64,000 nt of DNA. Source: Camelus ferus. Lineage: Eukaryota. The notes beneath the pieces are model-generated. The model did no database searches. It worked only from the letters and a program-made list of their open reading frames with translations, and had not been told where the DNA came from. Positions 1-11,720 of the stretch are shown piece by piece. The stretch lies in assembly GCF_009834535.1 (NCBI RefSeq), contig NC_045696.1, forward strand, positions 29,576,001 through 29,640,000. The letters run 5' to 3'. Within the stretch, counting starts at the first letter, position 1, and the number at the start of each line of letters is the position of its first letter. The position numbers were made by a program, and so were the translations under genes.

Positions 1-807
1 TATTTAATACTTAATACACATTTCATTGGGGGGTGAGTAAAGTAAGTACTTGACAAAATTATGACTTTATGTGGGATGGAGAAAAATTATAAAGCAAATA
101 ATTATATACGTAACTGAAAATTATCTGCTAGGTTAGAGACATTCACATTTGAAAATTCTTTAGGGACTTAATTAAAATAAAAAAAGTCATTACTTCTCAA
201 AAATATGATCAAGAGATTTGATTTTGGTTTTGCGTGTTTATGTTGACATTTTAAAATGCATTTTAACGTGAGGAAGGAAAACATCATTTTATATTTAAAA
301 TAAAGTTTGTGGGTTTTTTTTTTTCAGTAGGTCTCTTAGAGTAAAACCTTTTCATCATAAGCAAAACAGCATGGTATTAAAATGCCATCATCATTAAAAC
401 ATAAAAACTTACAAACTGAAGTATTTTCATACCTAGGAAAGAACTGGACTCTATAAATCAGTTGGAATGCTAGAAAACAGGTCATAATTTCCTATTAAGA
501 CTATTGCTTTAACAAATTACTCAGGGCACAAATAAAATTAAAACTGAATGATATAAATTGTATCGATTAAAATGCCTTTTACTATGAGGCAGCATGGGAG
601 GATAAAAACATTTTTGAAATAGAAATAATTTTTAACATCAAAACCCAAAGGAAATGGTAGGACATCTTGCATGAAAATATCTCATGAAATGTACAGAATA
701 TTCTCTCAGGATATATATTTTTATTTTAGGTACAATTCTAATAGTTGATAAGCATTTATTGGAGAGCAAATGCATGTTGTTGTAATCAAGTCAAAAGTCA
801 GGCCACT

Positions 808-1800
808 CCAGAATATATAAGCAGCTCATACGACTCTATAAGAAAAAAATAAACAACCCAATCCAAAAATGGGCAGAAGACCTAAACAAGCAATTCTCCA
901 AGGAAGACATACAAATGATCAAAAAGCACATGAAAAAATGCTCAATATCACTAATTATCAGAGAAATGCAAATCAAAACTACAATGAGGTATCACCTCAC
1001 ACCAGTCAGAATGGCCGTCATTCAAAAATCCACAAATGACAAATGCTGGAGAGGCTGTGGAGAAAGGGGAACCCTCCTACACTGCTGGTGGGAATGCAGT
1101 TTGGTGCAGCCACTATGGAAAACAGTGTGGAGATTCCTCAAAAGACTAGGAATAGACTTATCCTATGACCCAGGAATCCCACTCCTGGGCTTGTATCCAG
1201 AAGGAAATCTACTTCAGGATGACACCTGCACCCCAATGTTCATAGCAGCACTATTTACAATAGCCAAAACATGGAAACAGCCTAAATGTCCATCAACAGG
1301 TGACTGGATAAAGAAGAGGTGGTATATTTATACAATGGAATACTACTCAGCCATAAAAACCGACAACATAATGTCATTTGCAGCAACATGGATGCTCCTG
1401 GAGAATGTCATTCTAAGTGAAGTAAGCCAGAAAGAGAAAGAAAAATACCATATGAGATCGCTCATATGTGGAATCTAAAAAACAAAAACAAAAACAAACA
1501 AACAAACAAAAACAAAGCGTAAATAAAGGACAGAAATAGACTCACAGACAGAGAATACAGACTTGTGGTTACCAGGGGGGTGGAGGGTGGGAAGGGATAG
1601 ACTGGGATTTCAAAATTGTAGAATAGACTACACTGTATAGCACAGGGAAATATACACAAAATGTTATGATAACTCACAGAGAAAAAAATGTGACAATGAG
1701 TGTGTATATGTCCATGAATAACTGAAAAGTTGTGCTGAACACTGGAATTTGACACAACATTGTAAAATGATTATAAATCAATAAAAAATGTTAAAAAAAA
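808..1800 (+). mobile_element. Young 5'-truncated LINE-1 (ORF2 C-terminus, 3'UTR, polyA), antisense to GBE1
   Basis: The frame is open from 807 to the stop at 1478 (SRIYKQL...[18 protein letters not shown]...SLICGI, the L1 ORF2 cysteine-rich domain). It has a G-rich 3'UTR tract near 1575-1600, AATAAA plus an A tail, and a perfect TSD aaaagtcaggccact at 793-807 and 1801-1815. Confidence 0.97.
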
Positions 1801-3729
1801 AAAAGTCAGGCCACTGAAGAGACATGTCTAGCAGGGAAGACTAATATGGGCAATTTTTTCAATGTAATATATACACACATTATTAGACCTAAATAAGTGC
1901 AGTGTTAAGTAAGACAGGGATGACCAGACTAAGTCTGTTGGAGCAAGATAGGCAAGAGAACATTTAAAGGGTTAGGGACAGGGATGGAGATGGTAGAGAT
2001 TTTATGAAGGTTTCCTACAAGAGGAGACAGATATTTGGTCTTGAAACATAAGACAGTGTATAAAGTAAAGCAGAGGTAGGAAGGCACTCCAAAGGAGGAA
2101 GAGTGGCATGTAAATACACAGAGTCTCGGTATGTGAGAGGAAATCTACATAATAGAATTTAGAGAGGTGGAAAGAGATCAGATACTTGAGCTCCTACTGT
2201 GCCAAGAACGTGGAATTCATCCTTAAAACCAATTACTTTAAAATGTAATCCTTGCACCCAGAGGGCTTCAGTGAATATCCCTCAGTGCCCAGTGGACAGG
2301 ACTCATGGGGCTGCTAGAGGCAGCTGGGAAACACCCTACTTGGGGCCTCAAGACACAGAAAGGATTAACCCATTGTGACTACTGCCAGTTGCTCTTAAAG
2401 TCTGTGTGCTTTCTCCCAGGGACTGGCTAAGGGTATACAACAAAGAAGTGCAGCCACATTCCTATTTCAAGTACCTTTTAAACATAATCCCATTTCTTTT
2501 AATACTCACATTTCCTAAAATTTAGGGTTGGATACTTCAGTATATCAAAAAGTTGTAATTTAATGTATCCATGGAGCCAAAGTTTCTGCCTTGGGGAAAA
2601 CATACAAGGATTTAGGCAGGCCTCTGTTGTGGCTACACCACCCAGCACCCCACATGTGTGCACATGGCACACACATACATACCACCACCAGGCTTTTCCT
2701 GAGACAGCTGCAAAATGGACAATACCCTTGAGCTGCCTCCTGCTAACTGCAGTTCTAAACACCTAGTACACGATGGCAGTTTTTGTGCTCAGGACCATTC
2801 AGGCAATGAAGGCAACCCCAGCATTGGTCACTGGACTAGAAACAGTAAGGATAATGTTTGAGAAATTTTTGAGACCATATCTGATATGGCATAACTGATA
2901 TGTGAAATCCTGTTTTATATCTCTAGGGCTCATATTTTTATCTCATATGATCAAGAAAATATCAACCTATAACATTACCTATAAGGGGGAGGCAGCCTCA
3001 AGTATGAGAAACTCTACAAAAGACACTGGATCTCCATTTTTACCAGAGCTATTAGCATTTGTCTGTTTAGAAAACGATCGTCATAGGCTATAGTTTACCC
3101 CTGAATGATTTACACTTGTCAGTCACATGCACCAAATTTGCATTTGAGAAAGCTTACTCCAGTGATAGTATAAGGAAAATATTTAGTGATGGATTAAGTA
3201 TATTTGAATTAATTGTCTCTCAAGCTCATTTGCTTATAAGTAATTATACCTCCTGTTGTGACTTATTATTTAACACATTTGATCTGAAAAATTGTGATTC
3301 TTTATATGGATTCCTTTTGCTGTTGTTAACTTTCTGGAAATGTTAACTATATGAAAAATGTAAGAAAAATGGAGAAATGACAATTGTCACTTAAGCATTT
3401 ATTGACTGCCCTTCTCCAGCCTTTAACACAGCCTTCAGTTGAATTTAAGGGAAGTCTCATAGTCCTAGCAGAGCTCCAACCCTAGTCAAATCCAGGTTTC
3501 GGCTTGGTCCACACACAGGTAGGATCTCAAAATCACTCAGGAATCCCACCCTACTTCATAAATGATGAAATGACTCTCCACTTTCTCAGATGACAATTCT
3601 ACACCTTCTCTAAGCTGGAATTTCCAACTCCTGTCTCTTAACTTTTCACCTGCAGTTGACTGCCTTGAGCTCAAAAAAACAAAAAAAAATTTTTTTGGAA
3701 AAAAATAGAAACAATTATAAAACATCATC

Positions 3730-5500
3730 AACACCCAATTACCTCTACCATCCTCTCAGCTAAAACCCATATACTGTTTCCTTACTATATCAGATAAATT
3801 GTCTCTGCACTTTTCTAAGACCACCTCTCCCTTAGCACACCAAATCCCATCTCTTCCCTTCTCAAAGGTTTGCACCTAGTCATCCATTTTCTACTGACTC
3901 AGAGGTTTTCCCTTCTCTATCAGTGCAATACCATCTCCTACCTTAGAAGAAACTTTCTGACTTATAGCTCTTTATTTCAGCTACCAACCCACTTTTCTGC
4001 TCCCCTTTAAAGAATATCCCCCTCATAAAAGTTATCTTTACTTGCTACCTTCACTTTCTCCCTCTGCATTCTCTTTTTAACCCATTGAAAAGAGAATTTC
4101 AGCCCAACCATTCCAATAAAATTCTTTTTAGTCCAAATAAATGACCATCAGGCCAAATCAATGTCTAACTCTCAATCCTTATTTAACTTAAGCCCAGCAG
4201 ACACAGCTGGTATGGTTGGGTCCTCCCTCCCTGTCCTCCTACTTCACCTACAGGTTCTTCTTCCTGATCTCGTCATGTGAGGACAACTCAGAGCTCAGCA
4301 GTCAGACCTTCTCTCTCCTCATCCTCACTTTTCAGGTGATCTGATACAATCTCATAGCTTGAGAAACCTTCCATAAAGAGATGACTTCCAGTTTTAAGGG
4401 GTTTGCCAGCCCTAACCTCTCCACTGAATTCCAGGCTCAGATATTTAACTGCCGACTTGACATCTCCATTTATATAGCAAAGAGGCATTTCAAATTTAAG
4501 TTATCTAACCTTTTCATTTTCCCCCAAATACTTCTCCCAGTTTCCCAAAGCTGTATAAATGGCTACTGTATACCTCATGCTCCAAACTTACAGATGACAT
4601 TTTCAGGAGCCCAGTTAGCCATTAATCAAAAACTTGGAAATAATTTTTCTTCCCCTCATATGCAACTAATCACTCACAAAGTTTTGTCAGCTCTCCCTTC
4701 AAAATGCATTCCATTTTAATCTAATCAAATCTTAAAGTCCTAGATGCCACCACTCTGATCCAAGACACAATTTCTCAGTGGACGACCACGGTGCACATGC
4801 TCCTTATGTCTACCCACCAATTCCATGCCCACCCCACATCCCTCTTCCTCCTAGTTTGTATTCATAAAGAGGAGTTTTTTCAGTATTGTCACACCACTCC
4901 CCTGGTCCACATCTTTTAACAGCTTCCTGTCAAACAGAATCAACTGAATAAAACAGAAGAAAATTCAAACTCCTTACAATAACCTACAAGGCTTTACATG
5001 ATCTGACAACTGTTAAACTCTCTGTATTTTCCTAAAATTCTCCCTTGCTTACCACTCTGCACCTCTCTTGCCTTCTCTTAAACTTACCACACCCATTTCC
5101 CCCACAGGGACTTCACAATTGCTTTTCTCCTCACTGTCTGCTCACTGCCCCCTCCCCAGGATTTTATATTGTACCTCACTTCACTCAGGTCTCTGTTTAA
5201 ATATTACCTCTTCAGAAATGGTTATCTTGATCACACTTAAAAAAATAAAACAAAACAAAAAAACAAAAGACAAAAAACAAAAAAACCCAGCTGTAGTCAA
5301 CAGAACATTGAATACATCTAGCTGGCTTTATTTCTCTTCATGGAACTTGCCACTAGCTGGAAATTTATTTTGTATTGCTTGCTTTCCCCATAGACAGGGA
5401 CTCAGAGAACTGGTGTCTTATCTGGTTTTTTCAATGCTTCATTCCCAGGGTTCAAAAATATTGGGTACACAGTAAGTACTCAATAAAATTACATTAATTA
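3730..5500 (+). mobile_element. Degraded LINE-2 (RT remnant to 3' end)
   Basis: A decayed RT-like stretch lies near 4095-4210 (ttcagcccaaccattcc...aatgacc...gccaaatcaatg). The body is pyrimidine-rich, and an L2-type end 'acacagtaagtactcaataaa' occurs near 5467-5487. Confidence 0.75.
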
Positions 5501-5641
5501 GCTAATTCAGCACCTGTGTGTGCCAGACTTTTTTTAATATGTGATTCTCAGCAACAGATTGCTTTATCATCAACATGTGTCCATAAAGCCCCCTTCCTCT
5601 AACATTCAGTTTCAAAGGCAGAGACGCTCAAGAAGTTCATT

Positions 5642-5645
<4 letters not shown>

Positions 5646-5734
<89 letters not shown>

Positions 5735-5738
5735 CATA
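5646..5738. repeat. Compound (TA)n(CA)n(TA)n microsatellite
   Basis: Directly visible dinucleotide runs. Confidence 0.97.
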
Positions 5739-7824
5739 TGATGGCCTATGTATATGTTTTCTAAAGATATTTTATAGATATTTCTAATACAGAAAATTTA
5801 TTTAATTTCTATTTTTAAAATAAAACTTCCTTTGCTTTAGAATTTATCCACTTGCATAGCCTACATATGTATATTCTTGCCCCATTTTCTATCATTTCTA
5901 GATGTGCTGAGATTGTGAACTATAATTAACAGCAACAAATCAAAACATTCAACAATTTATGATTAAGCTTTATAAACTTCCGGATTTTAGATGTGTGTAT
6001 ATCACACACACACATTTATATTAGCATGTATATAAAGAGTAAAAAAAAAAACTCAAGAAAACAATCTAGTTCATATTGATATAAACTAGTTAAAATCTAC
6101 AAGTTAATAGAATTCATAAACACACACCATGTAAGAGTCAGATTTCTACTTGCTGCAGGATGTTAATAAATCCTGGAGAAAGAGTGGTTAAAAGGACCAA
6201 GCCTCCCTCTGGCTTGTTCCCAGCTTCTCTGAATTGCCTAGGTTCATGCTCAAATGGCCTCAAAGGTTTCCATTTCTTAAGGCAAATTCCTAGCTGCAGC
6301 CAGTTTTTTCTACATGCTGAAACAATCAGCACAGCAGGGAAATAAGCCAATCACAGGGAAAGAGAGGAGGAGAGAAAACCTAAGCTATGCCTTCATCTTT
6401 TTATGTATAGAAAAAAAAAAAAAAAGTAGGTTGGAGGAGAGGAGAAGGGAAGAGAGGAGGAGGAAGAAAGGTTGCATTGCTGAGAAAAAAAGCAGAATGC
6501 TTCACTCCTGCCTTGATGGGAGCAATTCTTTATCAATCCAGAAAGGACTATCTAACCTAGAATCCAAGGACAGCATCCCCTCAGAGTATCTGCATCTGAG
6601 CGAAGTTCTTATTTTTGCATGGCCTATGATGTTTTAATATTTTACACCTCATCTGCTTGCGGCAAGTGAAGCTCATATATTAAGACTTTTAAAAAGAACA
6701 TAGAGATAATTTTCCCTTCACTCTTCCCAGAAATGGACAAGCACAAATAAAAAAATAAAATAAAATCCATGACTTTTTATTTTTGGTTATCTTCTTTTAA
6801 ATATCACAAAGCTTCAATTGCCAAATGTATAGCTGAGATCTATGAGGCAGAGAGAGACAGAGACAGAGACAGAGAGGACAAAGAGAAGACACAGTAGAAG
6901 AACAAACATAGACAGACAAACCTTTGATGGGCTGATAGGGGGAGACTGATCATAGTGTTTTAAGTTAGTGTATATCTTGAAGCAGGTTGTGTACTATTTA
7001 CTGCTTAAGGAAATAATAATAGTAAAGCTTCATCTCTCTAAAAGGTACACTACAAATAAGTAGCAGTGCATGTTGATAGGGGTTTGGGAGTGATAAAGAA
7101 GAGATGAAAATAAAACATTTCAATAAAATAGACAATTAAAATGATGACAAGCACTACTCAGGAGCAGCCCAGAGCTGGGAAACAGCAGAGCCTGAATGCC
7201 AACCCAAGTCCATCCTAACCCCATCCCTAACTACCACAAGTTCCTGTCACTTCATTGCTTGAGAGGTTAGTGCAAAATTTTATGTCTCATAAGGCCACGT
7301 TTCAAATAGGAGATTCTTCACAAAAAAAATGTAAAACCAACATTAATAATGTTTGTAATATAGAATATACACATGCACACTCATACAACAGAATATTCCC
7401 TAAAGATGAGGTCAAAGGAAAAATAGGTAAGTTATCACTGTTTTAAAATATAAAATACAAACACAATGGCAAAGTTTACCTATAGATTATGATAACTAAA
7501 TGAAGAGTGAAAAGAGGCTGAGCAAGCATGCCAGTGGGACTGACTTTAGACTGGGGAAGCCAAAAAAGGCCTTTCACACTGTGGATGGGAAGACAAACAG
7601 GAGCTGGCCATACAATGGCAATACTCCAGGCAGAAGGTAAAGCATGCACAGAGGCCCCAAAGCAAGAAAAGCACCAGGGGGGTTACAGACTAATGAGAGG
7701 AAGAGTATATTACGGTGAGACCTGGGCCAGGTCCTTCAAAATCTCATAGGACATGTTAAGATTTAGAAAGAAAAAAAAAAAAACAAAAAACTTCTAAGTG
7801 CATTGAAGTGCTTCAAGGTTAAAC

Positions 7825-8055
7825 AAATCTGAGAAGTGAAGTATTATTGTGTAGCACTTACTTGGCGATTCAAAACGCACATTAGCTAATTAAAGATTCC
7901 AAGAATTTCAACTATAAAGTGATGTGTTGAACTTGATTTGATTCAGGGCTTTCCAAAAATTTATTTGAGTGCTGAACACCCTTCATGTGACACTGATATC
8001 CTGCTGAACTATCCTCCTTGGTGTGTCATTTCCCAAAGTAGTTACATGAAACAAA
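7825..8055. mobile_element. hAT-Charlie-type DNA transposon relic (Charlie4-like)
   Basis: The motifs 'gcacattagctaattaaagattccaagaa' and 'ttccaaaaatttatttga' resemble the Charlie4 consensus as I recall it. Confidence 0.5.
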
Positions 8056-8246
8056 TTGCTGCGACAAACCTGGATGACACTGTTACTTCACAAATTAACT
8101 GAGTTGTTATTGTTTTTTTTTTTTTTCCAGTAACTTGATCATCATTTCAGATATGTATTCTCTTTGGGAATAATTTAAGATACGTTTTTACTGTCATTCG
8201 GTACTGAAAAGAAACAGATGCCCAAGAACAAAATGAGGGACTTGAA

Positions 8247-8448
8247 CTACTATATATAAAATAGATAAATAACACAGTCCTACTGTATAGCACAGGGAAT
8301 TATATTCAATACCTTGTAATAGCCTATAATAAAAAAGGATATGAATATATATATATGTATATAAAATTCAATCACAATGCTGTACACCAGAAATTAACAA
8401 ATCATTGTAAATTGACTATATGTCAATAAAAAAGACATTAAAAAAAAG
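8247..8448 (+). mobile_element. LINE-1 3'UTR fragment with A tail
   Basis: It shares 'ctgtatagcacagggaa' and 'cattgtaaa...actata...tcaataaaa' with the 3'UTR of the L1 at 808-1800. Confidence 0.88.
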
Positions 8449-8664
8449 AATTAACTGAAACACGATTTGCTATATCTGGGATTAAAATGACCCAAAATAC
8501 TCACAAAGTATTATTTCATCGAGATAATGGGTTTCATTTTACTCTGCTGAACAAACATTTGACAGTCTACTCTTAGGCAGACTCTGGAATATTGTGCTAA
8601 CCAACAGGGTTACAAGCTGCATATGACCTATATTCTAATTTGGGAGCATTAGAAAAAATAAATG

Positions 8665-9060
8665 GATTCATTCATTTCTTTATCCATTCAACAAATCTGC
8701 GTTGAATGAGTCAAGCACTGTTCCAGTCCTGAGGGATAAAGGGGGAAACAAGACAACATTGTCTTTGCTTCGTTGATTCCTATATTCTTGTCTGGAGTAG
8801 ATGAGAAAAGTAAACTAAATAATAATGCAGTCCAAAAACCTGCACAGCAAAATAAACATTAACATGTAAGAGAGCAGAAAGTGAAGGCAGATAATCAAAT
8901 AAAAGCATTTAACACAGGGTGGAGGGTAGGAAAGAGAATCTGGATTTGGGAAACAATTTGGAAGTAATATAAGGAGGAACTGTAATGGCTGAATGGATAC
9001 AGGTTCAGAGTTTGTGTGATATATACATCTGAGCTCAACAAAGAAGTCTGAATGTGGAAC
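8665..9060 (-). mobile_element. LINE-2 3' fragment
   Basis: It begins with the reverse-strand L2 tail 'attcattcatt...atccattcaacaaat'. Confidence 0.6.
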
Positions 9061-10769
9061 AAACCATGGAAGTTGTAAGAAATAATAATTAATTCTTATT
9101 ATGTGCCAGGAGCTGTTCTAAGAACTTTACCTAGTTTTAATATTTTAAATCTCCCAACAGCTCCATGAGGTTTTTTAATCACCATTTTAGAGACGGATGC
9201 GGGGTACTAGAATATTTGAAATTATGTATGTGGCTTGAATTATATTTCTTTTGGACAGTGTTTTCTGTGCTCCTCAGTAGGACTCTGGGTCTCCATTTTG
9301 CACGCTGGTCTTGTGCACACTTCACTTGTAATTTCCCGTTTTTCCTACTGAGCCCACCAACCAGCCCAGCACAGAGCAGTCACCTATACCAAGTGGTCAG
9401 CAGGGACGGCAGTACTGAGCACCTCTCTCGCCATCCCTGTGACCTGATAGTGTTTGCTGTGTTCATTCAACTTCATTTTATCACTAAGCTCCCTGATTTC
9501 TCTTCTTTTACAGGAGATCTGAGATACCTGGCTTCTGGAAAGGGCTGGGGAAAGATCGAGAGATGGGCTATTTCTGATAGCCTTTCAGACATAACCGCAC
9601 AAGCTAGTAGATGAACCCATGGCAGAAGCAAGAAGGACAAACTGCAGGTCAAGCAGAGCCCAGGCTCGATTATCACGAGGCAACGCTTAATAACAACACT
9701 TCATCAAGAAGAAAACATCGGGCGCAAGTGCTGTTCCACACTGAGCCCCAAACAACAAGCACAAAGGTGTGATCTCCCTACTTGTAAGCACTGCCATTAA
9801 CATTAATGGCCACGCAAAGCAGAAGGAAGAGATGGTGAGAACTAAGCAGGCCCTTCCTGCCCGAGCTACTGGAGGATTATTACAGCAGACAGTTTAGCCA
9901 TCACTCTGAAAACTTCATCACTGGGAAAGACTGAGTAATTTTATTTAGAATAAATATACTGAGACTAAAAATCTGTTTCCCACTCAGAACAGATAACCAT
10001 AAAATATTATCCTAAGAAAGATATAATATGGCCCCTGATTTAAAATGCAAAAGAACAGGTTAGTTAACACAGCAACTATTCAATAAAATGCCTTTTGCAC
10101 CTGAAAAATTTAAAAACAAAAACAGGTAGACGGAATGCTTTGCTTAGTCCACACTGGAGGGGAACAGAGTAGTCTAATCCTCAATAAAAAATAGTTGACA
10201 GATAACTCTAACTTAATCGTTACAACATTTAAAAATTTAACATTTTAACAAATACTTTGAGATTACATTTTACTTTTTCCTGGAGCCCAAAAAGATATTC
10301 TTGAACATGACTTAGAGCTTTTTTTAATGACTCACGTTCATTATGATCAATTCAGTCTAACGATGCCCAGAGGGACAATTACCCAGCGTGGAGCTGTTTG
10401 CTGCTGCACCCGAGTGGCCTCACACTGCTGTGCTTTCAGTTCTGCTTTCTGACCCTGATGGGCTTTCTCCCTCTACCACCGCTCTTGGCTGTGATTCCTC
10501 AACACAGTTAGATGTCGATCACGATCGGTCATTTCCACAAACGTTCCTAATTTGGGGATTCTACCAAGAAAACAGCTTCATGTGCTTTTTAAAATAAATA
10601 GTGTGAGACCACAAGATCCACAGTGGTTACGGCACATGTTCTGGCTCAAGAAGGAGCAAAGATGGTGTTAGTGGTCCTCACACCTCTGAGTATGTTTCAG
10701 AGGACTGGGCTGGCTGGTTACATCTGCCCACAAGAGGACTGGGACAATGACCCAGCAATGATGCTGACA

Positions 10770-10990
10770 GCGGCAACTATCATGACTACGAATCAGACAC
10801 TGGAGCGAGTGTGTCACTGAATCTTCACAATCATGGGAGGAAGATACAATTAGAATCTTATTTTACAGATGGGGGGAAATTAAACTTTGAAACCTGACTA
10901 ATCTGGTTGTGGTTACCTGGTAAGTGGTGGAACCAGTATTTGAACACAGGCTTGATACAGCCTAGGCCCCTGCCCCTTCTCTATAATGCC
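10770..10990 (-). mobile_element. MIR SINE
   Basis: MIR core 'attttacagatggggg(g)aaatt' and 'gtaagtggtggaaccagtatttgaacacagg'. Confidence 0.75.
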
Positions 10991-11399
10991 TCCATAGGTC
11001 AGTAACTACATCTGTCTATATATTTTTAAAGAGGTTACTTAGAATCTAGATGCAAAGTATTAAAATAAATAAAGCTTACTGAATTTTAATTATGCAGATT
11101 TCTTCAATAAATGTGCCTTTTAATTTATTGAACCTGATCTTAAAAGATACTTATTTTGTTGATTCATGCTACGTAAACGTCAAGATGTTAAGATAATTCT
11201 GCTGAGTAGACAGTATCATACTACTAGTTTAGGCTTATAAAGTTTGCATTATTTAAAAAAAATTGTATCACAATGTTGTGTTTAAGCTATAAAATATCAT
11301 TGTCCTATTGTCATATTGGCTCAGTACCTAATTTACTACTTAATTTGGGGAGTTTGGTAGAATCTGGTACTTTCACAACCAACCCCTGGCACACTGATT

Positions 11400-11720
11400 G
11401 AGTCCAGACATAGCCCGAGAGGCCCAGAGATATATCCAACCCCAATGTCTGTTCCCTTGGTTGGCACAGTAATTTCAAAATTTTAAATTAACTGCAGACA
11501 TTTAAAACTAGGGATATTTTATATAAAATGTGGACACGTGAGTTCTCCCTAAGTGCCAGATGATGTGGCTTCACGGGCCACATTCTCACATGGAAACAAG
11601 TAGGTGTTTGTGAGCTTGGCCTGCCCCTTCAGATGGGACCCGTCTGTTCCAGGTGGCCAAGACCGCCACCTGGTCTGCTTTCCTTAGTTATCTGCCTGGT
11701 TTGTGAGTTGAGCACTACTT
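11400..11720 (+). mobile_element. MER102-like hAT-Charlie element
   Basis: The sequence 'aacatttaaaa/cagacatttaaaactagggatattttatataaaa...gggccacattctcacatggaaacaa...ctgccccttcagatggg' follows the MER102 consensus. Confidence 0.7.

Noticed and set aside
915..1478. 187-aa ORF as a host gene
   Set aside because: It is the C-terminus of L1 ORF2 in a 5'-truncated copy with no promoter.
9165..9614. 149-aa plus-strand ORF
   Set aside because: It starts in a MIR, has no recognisable domain or exon structure, and is antisense within an intron.
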